Source of the DNA: Octopus vulgaris | Taxonomy: Eukaryota | Reading direction: 5' to 3' | DNA: 64,000 nucleotides | Assembly (NCBI GenBank): GCA_951406725.2 | Contig: OX597814.1 | Span: 66,402,001-66,466,000 of the forward strand | Shown here: piece by piece, positions 50,508 to 63,659 of the stretch | Layout of the letters: every line of letters begins with the position of its first letter | How positions within the stretch are numbered: position 1 is the first letter of the stretch | The notes under the pieces: generated by a model | What the model was told of the DNA's origin: nothing | Databases searched by the model: none | What the model saw: only the letters and a program-made list of their open reading frames with translations | Position numbers and translations under genes: made by a program

Positions 50508-50990
50508 TTGTATGTATATATGTATGTATTATGTATGTATGTGTGTGTGTGTGTGTGCATGTATGTATGTATGTATGTATGTATGTATGTGTGTGTGTGT
50601 GTGTGCATGTATGTATGTATGTATGCATGCATGCATGCATGTATGTATGTATGCATGCATGTATGTATGTATGTGTGTGTGTATGTATGTATGTATGCAT
50701 GCATGTATGTGTGTATGTGTGCGTGTATGTATGTATGCGTGTATGTGTATGTATTTATTGTATGTATGTATGTATGTATGCATGCATGTATGTGTGTATG
50801 TATGCGTGTATGTATGTATGCGTGTATGTGTATGTATGTATGTATGTATGCATGCATGTATGTGTGTATGTGTGCGTGTATGTATGTATGCGTGTATGTG
50901 TATGTATGTTTGTATGTATGTATGTATATGTGCATGCACGCACGCACGCATGTATGTTTGTATGTGTGTATGTATATATGTATGTGTATT
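50508..50990. repeat. Compound (TATG/TG/TGCA)n microsatellite with higher-order duplications
   Basis: Directly visible; source of many spurious ORFs. Confidence 0.9.
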
Positions 50991-51142
50991 TTTCGAATGC
51001 GTTTTTTGCATTTTTTGTTTCTGCATGAGAAAACTCTAAAAATCAATCACCGACTTTTCTAGACTTCCACAGTCGTGTTCAGAATGAAGTTCTGTGTATT
51101 GCTGCCACCATTAATTGTTTACTTTTCTGTAGAATTCTGCAG

Positions 51143-51300
51143 AATATAGAGGGATATACCATGAGTGAAACTCTCATACTGGCTTTTGATGCAAAATACA
51201 CACTTGCTTATATCGCTATTTCGTTAAATATAAACAAGATTGCATTTTGCATCAAACACCAATATGAGAGTTTATCTCGTGGAATCTACCGCAGTATAGT
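51143..51300. mobile_element. Small MITE-like hairpin
   Basis: aaactctcatactggcttttgatgcaaaat..cttgcttata pairs with tataaacaag..attttgcatcaaacaccaatatgagagttt. Confidence 0.7.
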
Positions 51301-52087
51301 TTGTTCTAATAAAACATCCACATGTAAGTGGGGATAAATGTTACCTTTCGGTATTAATATTGCCCCTGTCACTAATATATATCTGCAGAATACAGAACTA
51401 TTGTCGTAAAAGTCCAGCCAAATTTTAATTTGTGTGGTGGTGAAGTATATTACAGCTGCAAATACATAGGCTACAGTGTTGTACTTGTATGATCACACAA
51501 TATCAAGAGTTATAAAGCTTCCAACTTCCACGTTTGTAATCGAATTTATCGATCATATTAGTTAGTACCTAGTTCTCGATTTACATGATCAAAGTTACTG
51601 AGGAAAAAGGTTTTTCATTTTAGTGCTTCTTGTATATTATTTGTGTAAATTATGCTTTGGTTTTATGGGCCTCGTGTTCTGTTTTAAGAGATTTTTGATA
51701 ATGCGTTCATTTATTATATAGTTAGTATGCATTTTATTCATGTAACGCACTTATTTGCAGATTGTGTACTTTTAATAGGTTTGACGTTTGACGTATTCGT
51801 TATATTGTTCTAGGACTTGGTCTATTGATTTCTTAATTTTCACTGAAGACGTCTAATAAGAAGTAAACGTATCTGGAGTTGTCACCATAGATACGAAAGA
51901 TGAAACTCCTTCACTCTCTTCTATATCTCCAAAATAACAAGTAGTCAATTGAAACTTCGAAATTTTCCTCCTTGTCCCTTTTGATATGAATTCTCATCAA
52001 TGCTAACGATTTTCTACTCATTAAAATTTTCGTTTTATATGTCAACACGTAATTATCAAATTAAATGTGAGATTACTGAAACCATAC

Positions 52088-52235
52088 CTTGACTCATATG
52101 ACAGGCTTGTATCTCACAAGGTTGTCTACTTCGTGGTTCTGATTTTGGATCACAAGTGGAAACATATGTCCTAGAGACAGGATCTACACATGTAACTCGT
52201 CGACGCTGAAATCCTCGCCCACATGTCGCTGAACA
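52088..52235 (-). CDS. ADAMTS-like gene, TSP1 exon
   Basis: ttttcag|TGT ... CAA G|gtatgg. Encodes CSATCGRGFQRRRVTCVD...CDPKSEPRSRQPCEIQAC. Confidence 0.93.
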
Positions 52236-53787
52236 CTGAAAATATAAATAATAATGATGACGATGATAACGACGACACCAACAGTGATAATGATAACAAT
52301 AATGGGGCAAGTGTCTATCTTCAGTTCTTTCAACCATAGCCACACACAACCTCTCTCGTTATAACTACCAGAGGCGGACTGTCTACCGCTCTCTGACAAA
52401 AGAAGGGCTTGGGGCGGTCTTCATAATTGTCTCTACCGATAACCGGACCCTTTCTACGTATGATAAGAGATGTTCGACATTACTTCACAAGTCAAAAATG
52501 TTTGGATACGGAACAAGTGCGTGCAGAACAGTCTCATCGTTCTTCGTGCATCTAAAGCAAAACCCGGTTGACAACACTTCCGTTTCTGCAGATTTTGCCC
52601 TAAACGAACAATGCCACCCTCTATCACTGCACGGCTGAAGATTTCTGAAAATGGTGGCCGAAAGTCCTCATAACAAGCTAGCTAACGCTTTCTCATCAAC
52701 GCCCAGAGTTTTCCGAACTTTATTGTTCTTCACTTCTCACCACTTTTCTTCATAGCACGCCCAAAAAGAACTTCTAATTGCTAGATTAGTGCAGGGCTTT
52801 AAGTTCCTGATAACATCAAATGCCAGCCACTCAATTATTGTTTGATCCTGTATTGCAGCTCAGTCGAAGGTCAAAAGGACGAGCTGTGAAAAGAGCCTAT
52901 TTGACAAAGGACAACCACATCTATCCAGGATGATTTGTAAATGTTGTGGCTATAGAGCATGTCTACAGTGAATCACCCACGACAGCAACCCGAGCCCTCC
53001 GTACTAAGGATGTTGGCAAGAGATGAGCTGTCTGAGTAATGAAACACTCCCTCCCACAAAAAGTAAAAGAATATCCACTCCAGTTTGATGAGACGAAAAT
53101 AGGCGCAGGGCACGATGATGTAATCATTCGATTAACAACAACAACAACAACGCCAGCAGCAGCAGCAGCCATAGTAGCAGCAACAATACTTTTTAAAAAT
53201 TTTGGCACAAGACTAACAAATTTGACGAGAGTGAGTTATCTTTTATCCATTACTTGTTTCAGTCACTGGACGGCGGCCCGACCCCACTGCTTGACTAGAA
53301 CCGTATTTTATCACACTCGGAACGATGAAGGATAAAGTTGACCACAAGGTCAGCTATTTTGAAGAGGCGTTGTGGGTGCTAATTGATTATATCGACTTCA
53401 CTACTTGACTGGTATTTTATTTTATCGACCACGAAAAATATGAAGGGGAAAAAAAATCAACCCTGGCAGATTTGAATTCAGAACGTAAAGTGTCAAACCT
53501 GAATATCATAGCAATAACATTTTGGAAGTCTACAACACCTAATGGAACAAGGAACTTTCCTGCTCCAAATAATATAAAAGCTAGAAAGAAAATTAGTGAA
53601 AATGATAAAAGTTGAGCGTAATCAAACTTTTATAGAACGCTTACTCGAACAAAGACACAGTCACAAATCCAGTAATTCATAGTCATGTACCTATTTCCCC
53701 ACACATACATACATACATACATACATACATACATACATACATACATACATACATACATACATGCGTGCATGCATGTTTTATACTTAC

Positions 53788-53991
53788 AGCAGACCAAATG
53801 GACGTCTGCCACATAGGCAATTCTTTTTTATCTGGACATGCAGGTCCTTTACATTCCCTTTTTAGTTGAACATCTTCAAAAGAAACACTGGATTTGCAGA
53901 ATTCTTTAGAGGCTGAAATGGTTTGGTTTTTCTCTGTCTTCACACATAATATCGATCGTCGCTGATGTCCTAGCCCACATTTAGCAGAACA
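53788..53991 (-). CDS. ADAMTS-like gene, TSP1 exon
   Basis: ttgcag|TGT ... GCT|gtaagt. Encodes [16 protein letters not shown]...WQTSIWSA (68 codons). Confidence 0.93.
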
Positions 53992-54096
53992 CTGCAAGCA
54001 AAAATGTGTATATATAGCAGCATGTATAAATGTGTGTGTGTGTGTGTGTGTGCGAATACATACATACATACATACATACATACATACATACATACA

Positions 54097-54129
<33 letters not shown>

Positions 54130-54773
54130 GTTGGAAGGTGAAGCGAGCTGGGGAATTCAGTGTTAGTCCTTTCTTAAAGTATATTCTAGGTGAGATGCGT
54201 TCAAAAAATATCCGACTTAATTTTGCCCCGTTAAATCTCGCTTACCCTTGATATGCTTTCACTCTCTTCATTCATGCAGAAATGAGAGGTTCAATCAACA
54301 TTCCAGGTCTTGGGATTTTTTTCTCCGAACCAAATTTTAAATTTTAATTCACTTGAAGGGAACGCATTTTTTCATTATGTAATTGAATTATCCACGAAGA
54401 AAAAAAGCGCGTCTGAAACAGCCTTAGTGAGTCTTTAACCCATATGTGTTTTTATTTTATGTAAACGCCATGTCTGGAACCTTCCCTATGTTGGATCTGG
54501 AACTTACATTGGATCCTGGAACGATATGCTGGTGTGCATGGGTATATATTCTCATGTACATGTCTATTTATATGTATGTATATATTCTCATGTACATGTA
54601 TATTTATATGTATGTGTATATTTATGTGAGCTTGTACATGTATGTATAGGTATATTGATATGTCCGTATATACGGATGTATTTGTACATCATATAGACAC
54701 AAATGTGCAGATCTCGACCCTTGCTTGGTGTCCTGAATATTAAAATATCAAAATCCCTTGATTCAAACGAATC

Positions 54774-54845
54774 GTACTAATAATATATACAAGCGCGTGC
54801 GTGCATGCATACATGCACGCACGCGCTTGTATATATTATTAGTAC
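54774..54845. repeat. Perfect 34-bp inverted repeat with a 4-nt loop
   Basis: gtactaataatatatacaagcgcgtgcgtgcatg-cata-catgcacgcacgcgcttgtatatattattagtac. Confidence 0.95.
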
Positions 54846-57157
54846 ATGCATGTATGTATGTATGTAGAAAAAATGAAAGTCTTTAACGTTTCCAATCTAC
54901 GCCTTTCTACAGAAAGGATAGATGAGGAGAGATAAAAGATGCAGAGAAGAAAAGCGTGTCTAATCGGGAGAGGAAGAAGTTGGTTTCAGACGTGGGTGCC
55001 AAGGGAGGGAAGGAAGGCAACAGTTTTCAATGTTCTGACACGTATGTATGTGCGTATGAAGCTAATGTGTGCGTGTGTGTATTTGTGTAGGTGCGCGTCC
55101 ACGCGTGTATGAGAAAGGGCGTGTATATATACTTTGTATCTATGCGTGTGTATGGGCGTTTGTATGTGTATGTGAAGCTCTCTGACGTATGTTTAGTAGG
55201 TATGTAATGTAAGATGTATTATGAAGGATAGAGGTGTTCGGTGGAATAAAGGTGACAAAAGTGGTAGACTTTAGGAAGTGTTGGTGTGTGATTATATACT
55301 TGCTGCAGTGTATATGAGGGAATGTGGATATTGATGTGTGTGTAGAGTGAGAATAAGGAGTGTGTGTGTTTGTTTGTTTGCGTATGTGCATGGATGGATG
55401 CTAGTGTGCGTGTGTGCGCGTGTGCATGGAAAAGGAAGAAGGAGTATACACACGTAATTTAATGGATACTGGAGTTATAAGTGAACTATTCCAAGTTTCA
55501 TGATCGAATAGTACAATCACACTGGATTGTGTGCTGTTTATGATAATCCTATCATTAAGCAAACATTATCCTATATATACAGATATGTGTGTGTGCACAC
55601 GCGCGTGTAGGTTTGTTGGTATAAACAGGAAAATAGAACTTAAAATAAGAGTATATATGTTTTAATAATCTATCTATCTGCCCCCACTCTCTCTCTCTAT
55701 ACGCGCACACACATATAATGACATAAACTATATTCATATTAACAAATGAGAGTTTGAAAAATGACGAGAGCACAAGGGGAATAACTTATGGTAAGACTGT
55801 TTCTTTAAGATGCACAGATAACATTTATGAAAAGATATCATATTCCAGGTTTCTGTAGATTTCGCTCTCTCATTCAAGTATTTGGCAGTGCCTGTTTACG
55901 AAGAACTTCAAAGAATAACTGCTGTAATCAAGCAACGGTGAAAGCTTATTTTAGGCATTGAAATTACATTCATAAATTCTCACTTAAATTATTGTTTGAA
56001 GTGCAGAGCTGAACGAAACTACCACGCACAAAAGAATTATCATAGCTGAAGATGGACCATTGGATTTTAAATGTTACGAATCACATTTTGTAAATAGATT
56101 CGCTTGGAAAGGCTTGTGGCAAATTTCCTCTCAGGTTTCTGGAAGGTACGAAAATGTTGCTAAAATCGAATGAGTACGCAATTTTCGATCAGACTAAGGT
56201 ATGAAGCACTGGGAAGCAATTACCATTAAGCGAGTGAATTGATAGAAACAGTTAAAAGGGGAGAAAGGATTTATTTTTGTTGTCGGATTGGTTTTGTGAA
56301 TTAAAAGAGTCAATGCTAACTGCAAAAGTTTTGCAACATAAATAACATCCTATAGTCACTATTCAATTCAAATGATTGATGAATCAATCGAAGTTCTACA
56401 CATTACAAGTGATAATGTTTAATAAAACTATTATCGTGACATCTTTCTAGCCATACATTTCAGATTTGTTGAACTATGAACTCAAACTTATTTTCAATTA
56501 TAAATAGCGGTTCTAAATTCCTTACTAGGGTGCTATATCCGTGTGTTCAACTTTGGTTAAACTTAGCTAATCTAGATTTTTGTGGTTTGTATAAAAGATG
56601 ATAATGTAATCAATAATGTTTTTCCTACCCAATATTGTTTCGGGATCTATACTGCAACATGCTGCAATAGCTTCTTATGAATGTGTTGTCAGTTCACGAG
56701 AAAGTGTCACATTTGTGAACCTGATAAAGCAGTTTGAGTTATGAAGCTCACAACTTTCATGTTTACCTTACAATTTGCACATTTAAATGGATAGTCAATG
56801 TTAAATCTATAAAATATACCGTTTATGTTGAAAATTCATATAATTCTGGTATTTTTTGTAATACACTAGCTGTCGTAGCATTACAAATATAATATTGAAC
56901 TTTAATTACAGCTAGGTACACAGAAAGAATGTTTAGTCCAATGTACATTTATGTAACAGTAAATACCCACAAATTAATAAAGTCGCATAAATTTTGATCT
57001 CCAAACTCCAATACACTCGCAAAATAGCCATATTAGATAGAATCATAAATCAACAATTGAGATAGAATAGATATACTTATGTGAGGAACTCAGTGAAATT
57101 CTAAAAAGAGACTGTCAAAAATAGATAAAATATTTACTAAAACTTTGCTAAACTTAC

Positions 57158-57346
57158 ATCAGACCATGCTGTTATTTTCCATGTGTACCTTCCGGGACAG
57201 TGTTTCTCAAGGGTACATCTCTCGATTGATTCAGGCTTCGGTAAATGTCGACAGTGATCGCTTTGTAGTCTTTTGGTGTGTTTCACATTAACGATGCGGC
57301 ATTCAACATGTCTTCTTCGTTGTCCTTCGCCACATGTTCTGGAACA
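57158..57346 (-). CDS. ADAMTS-like gene, TSP1 exon (most 5' exon seen)
   Basis: ctaaag|TGT ... GAT|gtaagt. Encodes CSRTCGEGQRRRHVECR...CRHLPKPESIERC...WKITAWSD (63 codons). Confidence 0.92.
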
Positions 57347-57816
57347 CTTTAGAAAATGCAAGATTCGTCAAATAGTTGAATTATCATCATCAATGACAAC
57401 GAAGTAGCAATTCGGTTCATAACAACAACAACAACAAATATAAATATCGGTGGATGTGGCAACAGAGCGCCGGCCTACATAGCTTCGTTTCTATTAATCT
57501 TCGTTTTCCTTTCCATAGTGTCAGGATTGTTACAATAAGTAGTCATAGTATACTCAACTGGTTTACATTGACCGTGTCTCGCTTCCACAAAGACGCTTAC
57601 TTTGTACCACATATTGTTTTGTCACATAAAACTTGCTGACATCTTGGATACTGCTAAAGATCAAGTCATCGTTCAACGAAAGCAAATTACTGGATTAGCT
57701 TCCCTATGGCTTGCAAGCAAGCGAGCAAACACGAACAGAAACATACACAAACACATACTTATACACAACAACAAACAATACACAAAAATAGTACCTACAC
57801 ACACACACACACGAAA

Positions 57817-57850
<34 letters not shown>

Positions 57851-57863
57851 CACATACATGTGA

Positions 57864-58200
57864 AGGCTCATGGCTCAGTGGTTAGAACGTCGAGCTTACG
57901 ATCGTGAGGCTGTGAGCTCGAATCCCGACTGGGCTGCGTGCTGTGTTCTTGAGCAAGACACTTTATTTCACGTTGCTCCAGTTCACTCAGCTGTAGAAAT
58001 GAGTTGCGGCGTCACAGGTGCCAAGCTGTATTGGCTGTTGTCTATCCCTTGGATAACACCGGTGACGTGGAGAGAGCAGGCCGGTATGCGTGGGCAACTG
58101 CTGGTCTTCCATAAACAACCTTGCCCCGACTTGTGCTCGGGAGGGTAACTTTCTAGGTGCAATCCCATGGTCAGTGCCGTGACCGAAGGGGGTCTCAGAA
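57864..58200 (+). mobile_element. tRNA-derived SINE (distinct family)
   Basis: A-box tggctcagtggtt, B-box-like gctcgaatccc, body tgtgttcttgagcaagacactttatttcacgttgctccagttcactcagctg. Confidence 0.8.
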
Positions 58201-58651
58201 TATCACACACACACACACACGCACACACACATGTACACGCACACACACACACACATACATACACACACACACATACATATGTATGTACAGTGCAACATTT
58301 CAGTATATTAGAAACAAGATATAAAAATATTACAAAAAATGGAAAGACCATATCAAACTCCAGACATTAAGATCAGAGAGTTACACGTGTTACATACATC
58401 GGCAAATAATTAGACGAATCATATGCATTCAAGTTAATTTATTGTAGCATGAGTTGTGTGATTGTCGTAAACGGACTAAATACAACACAGGAAGTAGAAC
58501 GATAAAAGGGAAATATAGGTATGGTCTCTATTCCCACCTCTGTCTCCCTCTCTTTCTCTGACAATGTGTTATAGATGTCTATACCAATCTAGACGTTTCT
58601 GTTTGCGTATCTGTCTGTCAATCTATCTAGCTATTTATCTATATGTAGGTA

Positions 58652-58922
<271 letters not shown>

Positions 58923-58926
58923 CGAC

Positions 58927-58965
<39 letters not shown>

Positions 58966-58999
58966 AATATATTATTATATTATTTATTAATTATATATA

Positions 59000-59283
59000 T
59001 GCGGGGTCTGACTGCGCTACATTGACAAGGGGCAATACCCCGAAACGCGTCTGTAGCTGTCGGACTGGCAGTGTGAAGCGGCTGACCTCCCTTGTTCGAA
59101 GGTTATAATGGATACAGATCGTGTATCAATAGCTATCTTAAGGCGGTGGCCTCGTGGAGCTGACCAGCGGCAGCGATTATTCTTATATCTATAAGAATGT
59201 CATATTAATATGGCGATAACAATTAATTTCCAGTAAACGCTGCCGTAATCTCTTTTATAGAGTCTTAGTAATTTTAATATTTC

Positions 59284-59325
<42 letters not shown>

Positions 59326-61560
59326 AAGCATTGTAGATAGGATTAATGAAACTCACTTAGAAATCATCTTTGGTTTGGGCCTTCTTGACATAACCCAGCC
59401 TTATGCTCCAAAAACTCCCTATGTCCTCTTGAAGGATCATAAGTTTGATTTTTTTGCCAAATCCTTCGATTAGGTTAGTCTGCTCGACCAAATCTGATTT
59501 GGGTAGAATCAGTAAATATATTATTGATCGTATTATTCCCATCGTGACGGATAAGGTTCAACTTCTCTTATGGAAATTTACTGGGGATGTTATCCTATGG
59601 TTTGACTCCTTTAAAGATAGACTTAATTTAGATTGTATACAATTCGATATCTCGAATTATTATAATTCTACATCTCCTATATTGCTAAATATAGCCTTGA
59701 TTTTCGTCCGCGAATTTGCCGATATACCTACTTCAGATATTGATGTAATTTTAGCGGCAAGGGAGACCCGCGTCTCCTACAACGAGCGGGATTGGCAGTG
59801 AGTTGATTCTACCAATTTCTTCGATATAACCATGGGGTCATCTGATTCTGCACAAGTGACTGACCTAGTAGGCCTATATTTCCTTTCGCAGGTGACTCTA
59901 TAGGGCTGATGCACTTCTAGCTGTACGTAGCCAGTCTAAAACTGCATTGAATAGTTTGAGGAAATCCCTGAGAGGTTTCTTAAAGGATTTCTTTAATCTT
60001 AACATTATATTTGATATTAACTCCAGAGTAGTGAATTTCCTGGACGTTACATTATGCTTGGATACGGGTTTATACTATCCATTTCGTAAGCCAAACAAAT
60101 CCATCTCATATATCAATGTATCGTCCAGTCACCCAAAGTCCACTATAGATAGCATCGTTACTGCTATTTCGATCAGAATCTCTAATTTATCCGCAAATGA
60201 AGAGATTTTCGAACAAAATGCGCCTGTGTACAATAACGCTCTAAAATTAAGTGGATTCAAAACTAAACTCTCATGTATATACATAACACGAGATTTAAAA
60301 ACAAGATGGCTGGTCTACCACCTGACCATGTCACGGTTGATCGGGAAAAATGCAATGCATTACCTGATCGTTAGAAACGATGGGTTAGAAACGTATTTAA
60401 AGATGTTAGAAATAGGTATTGGAAGCGAAATAGTGCTAGTGAGGAGATTAGTAAAACCAAGAGCTCACGTTCTAGAATAAGAGAAGTAATATGGTTCGCC
60501 ATCCCGTTTTTCTCTTAGAGTGAGAAATTTGCCCAAGATGTTCTTTAGGATTCTGGAGGAGAACTTCCCCCAATTGTCATTAAAACTATAGTATTTGCAA
60601 TAAGTCTTCTATCAAGTTCTCTTACTCAGTAATGCCAAATTTGGCCTCCATTATTGCATCTATAAATAGAAGCAAGTTAAATGGGCAAGGGCACTGGAGA
60701 TGTTTTTCTGATGGAAACCCTGGTACTGGGCAGGTACGTTATGATACGCCTAAGGTTAGTGATACCAACATCTTGCTCCCACCTGGTATATCGAACCCCA
60801 GTAATGAGAGATGTGAAGGAGCGAATATGGGAAACCGGACAAGTACTGTTGGCGGTAGAAATAAGGTTAGGGATGGCCGTGGGAAATCTTGTAATTGTAA
60901 AAACCCTGGATTATGTCCCCTTGACCGGTTCTGTCTAAATATATAAATGCATTGTTAAGGATGAGGATAATTTAAATCAGTTTTATATGGGTAGTACAGC
61001 AAATTTTAAGGCTAGATATAGGGCCCACATGAGCTCGTTCTTAAACGAAAAATACTGTAGCTCTACCATACTCGCATCTTATTTACACGATCTAAAGAGG
61101 AATAATAAGAGTTATTCTCTAGAATGGTCAGTTATTTCGAGAGCCCCTTACTTCAGAGTAAATATAAATAAGTGTAAATTGTGTGCAAAGAAATCCCTTG
61201 CAATCCTTAAGTCTTTTGGGCCAAAAACTTTAAATAGAAATAACTGAGGTGATCCCTTTTTGCAACCATAGGTTTCGTCCACCTTTTATATAGAAATAAA
61301 AGTAAATGTAATAAAATTGTTTAGCGTTACGGGGATTTGAAACCGGCGAGGTTAAATTTCTGTTAACTACAGCCACCCGAGTGTTTAGCAATAAACTTTT
61401 GTTTTTTAGAAAATTTGGACTGGTCCGCTGATGGGTTTTTCTTTTAAATTATATAAGCTTTTCATAAAAGTTTTGATCTGTGCATGCTTCATGTTTATCC
61501 TGACGAGGGTGGGGCGTCATCACCATAATGCACTTTAGTGTAAATGAACTGCAATGGTGA
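59000..61560 (+). mobile_element. Penelope-like retroelement (RT plus GIY-YIG), decayed
   Basis: RT: PNPSIRLV..KSDLGRISKYIID, IQFDISNYY, FDITMGSSDSAQVTDLVGLY, VNFLDVTL..YYPFRKPN..YINVSSSHP. Linker SCNCKNPGLCPL; GIY-YIG IYKC...FYMGSTANFKARYRAH. Confidence 0.9.
59016..59057 (+). ncRNA. Minimal type-I hammerhead ribozyme with U3-A8 core variant
   Basis: gctaca-TTGACAA-gggg caata cccc-GAAA-cgcg-TC-tgtagc: perfect 6-bp helix I, 4-bp helix II, palindromic helix III and a GUC cleavage triplet. Confidence 0.8.
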
Positions 61561-61740
61561 GTTCTTGAAATGGCCATAGATATATGTGAATGTTGAATTT
61601 GACCTGTGGAGTTTGTTTATTATGAACTTTGAACGTACTTGTATGGGGGGAGTAAAAGACTTTTTTCAAGATGTATGTGAATTTGACCCGAGGAAGTCTA
61701 CTTACTTATGAACTTTGGACGTACCTGTGATAGGGAAGCA

Positions 61741-62311
61741 AAAGACTTGGAAAGATTTCCGCCCCCCTCCATTTTCTCCCAAATTTGTTTATTTTTGTAA
61801 ATTTTGCCCAAAATCCCCGTTTTCGGATACGGAGCTTCCGGAAAATTCCCTCTCTTTTCCTCCCAACTTCTTCAATATTTACTTTTTCCCCCAACACTAA
61901 ACCTAAAACCCTAACCCTAATCCTAAAACCCTAACCCTAAAACACTAACCCTAACCCTAAAACTGTAACCATAAGTACAGAAATGTTTTGAAATTTTTGT
62001 TCGAATCATGATGTCCGTATTTTTCTGCATATTTAGAAAAAAAAAAAAATTACAAAGATTTTTGAAAATGTTTTTTCAGACTCATAATCTCCGTATTTTT
62101 CTGCATATTGGGAGGGTGGGTGGATTCTGAAAAACAGTTAAAAATGAAGGAAATGGGGGTGGTAATTTAGAAATGTCGATTTTTGCCAATTTTTTGCAGA
62201 ATCGTATTCCCCGTAGCCGAAAAGGAGGATTTGTGTCGAAAAAGAAAAAACACTTTTTTAAAGGGTGTTTTTTTTGGGGGGGGGGGGGCGGAAGTCATGC
62301 CAAAGACTTTT
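61741..62311. mobile_element. TIR element (MITE-like) carrying an internal degenerate (CCCTAA)n tract
   Basis: Termini aaagacttggaaagatttccgcccccc / ggggggcggaagtcatgccaaagacttt, a subterminal inverted repeat, and telomere-like repeats at ~61896-61975. Confidence 0.75.
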
Positions 62312-62733
62312 TCAAATATTAAAAAATGAAATTTTTAAAAATATTTTAATCGTCTTAGAAAATCTTTTTTGTTGGTGGACACTTATTTTATTTTTATATT
62401 TGTCCATTAGGCCTTTTGATAGTTTTGAAATTTTTAGTCGTTATATTTAACTTTTGATAAGCCGTTCTATTTGTATTTTATTAGAATATATATATTTTTA
62501 CATTCTGTGATTTTATGTATATGTATTAATTTTTTATGTTTGTAGACCAAGCTGTTTTTTCATATATGATTAAATGTTTGAGGGGTGGTGTTGTATGTAA
62601 AATCGTTGACCCAAATTTAATGTTTGTTCTATAACCAATGTTTCTTTATCGTCGTCTCATTTATATTTGAGCATTTCTTTTGCAGTCCTATAAACCCTTT
62701 GTTTCTATGATAAGAGACAAATATTATTCTTGT

Positions 62734-62811
<78 letters not shown>

Positions 62812-62873
62812 TATAGATAGATAGATAGATAGATAGATAGAGTTAAACGCAGGTGTTGTTCAAATTCTTTTAC

Positions 62874-62959
62874 TTCTGACATATGTTTCGAAGACAACAT
62901 TGGTATTATTCCAGAAGGAATAAAATGGTGTAAAACAATGCAATCTTCTCAGCAGGGAA
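62874..62959 (-). ncRNA. Degenerate hammerhead motif (long helix II)
   Basis: Minus: ttcc-CTGCTGA-gaaga...tcttc-GAAA-catatg-TC-agaa. The core carries an A6>C change; helix III is the palindrome CATATG. Confidence 0.5.
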
Positions 62960-63163
62960 AGAAAGAAACCAAACACACCAATAAGACATTTTGCGTTTAA
63001 CTCCATTTATTTATTTATCTATATTATACAAAACATTTAATCTAAACCTGGAGTTTCTACCTTTATAAGTAGGCAGTTACATCCTTGGTACTTGTGTGAA
63101 TTTTTGCTACTATTTATTTATATTTTCCGTGTTATTTGTAAACACTGGAAAAAACACAAATAC

Positions 63164-63220
<57 letters not shown>

Positions 63221-63623
63221 GTGATGCAAACAAAAACAGAACTCAAAACGTGTGTTTATGTATATTTCTATTAATATTAAGCAGAGGCAACAGTGTGTAT
63301 GTATGTAACTATGAAAAGATGTACTTATGTATGTAGATATCTATACATACATACATACATACATACATATATGCATACACACACAAACACACACACACCC
63401 ACACATACACACACACAGGGACACACACACACATATATATATATACTAGGGTGTTGCCCTTCATATGACGGGTAACTTTTAAGTATACTTTTACTACTGC
63501 GTATAATATACTTACATACATTTTAATTGAACTTGTATCAAATTTCTCGGTGTTTATACAGAATGATGAAATGAAAACTAATTTTCAAAAAATAATATTA
63601 CCTTAAACTTAATGTGTGCGAGA

Positions 63624-63659
<36 letters not shown>

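Noticed and set aside
50474-51062. Long ORFs (165-190 aa) on both strands
   Set aside because: Translations of TATG/TG/CA microsatellites (poly-MYVC/HTYI) that lack stops by construction. The same applies to ORFs at 57-320, 9640-9968, 13897-14338, 36982-37480, 44803-45131, 45634-46142, 48524-48852, 58722-59108 and 63293-63950.
57864-57945. tRNA gene
   Set aside because: The tRNA-like head continues into a SINE body and the acceptor stem does not pair.
61896-61975. Telomeric repeats as a chromosome end or fusion site
   Set aside because: Short, degenerate and enclosed within a TIR element inside a probable intron.
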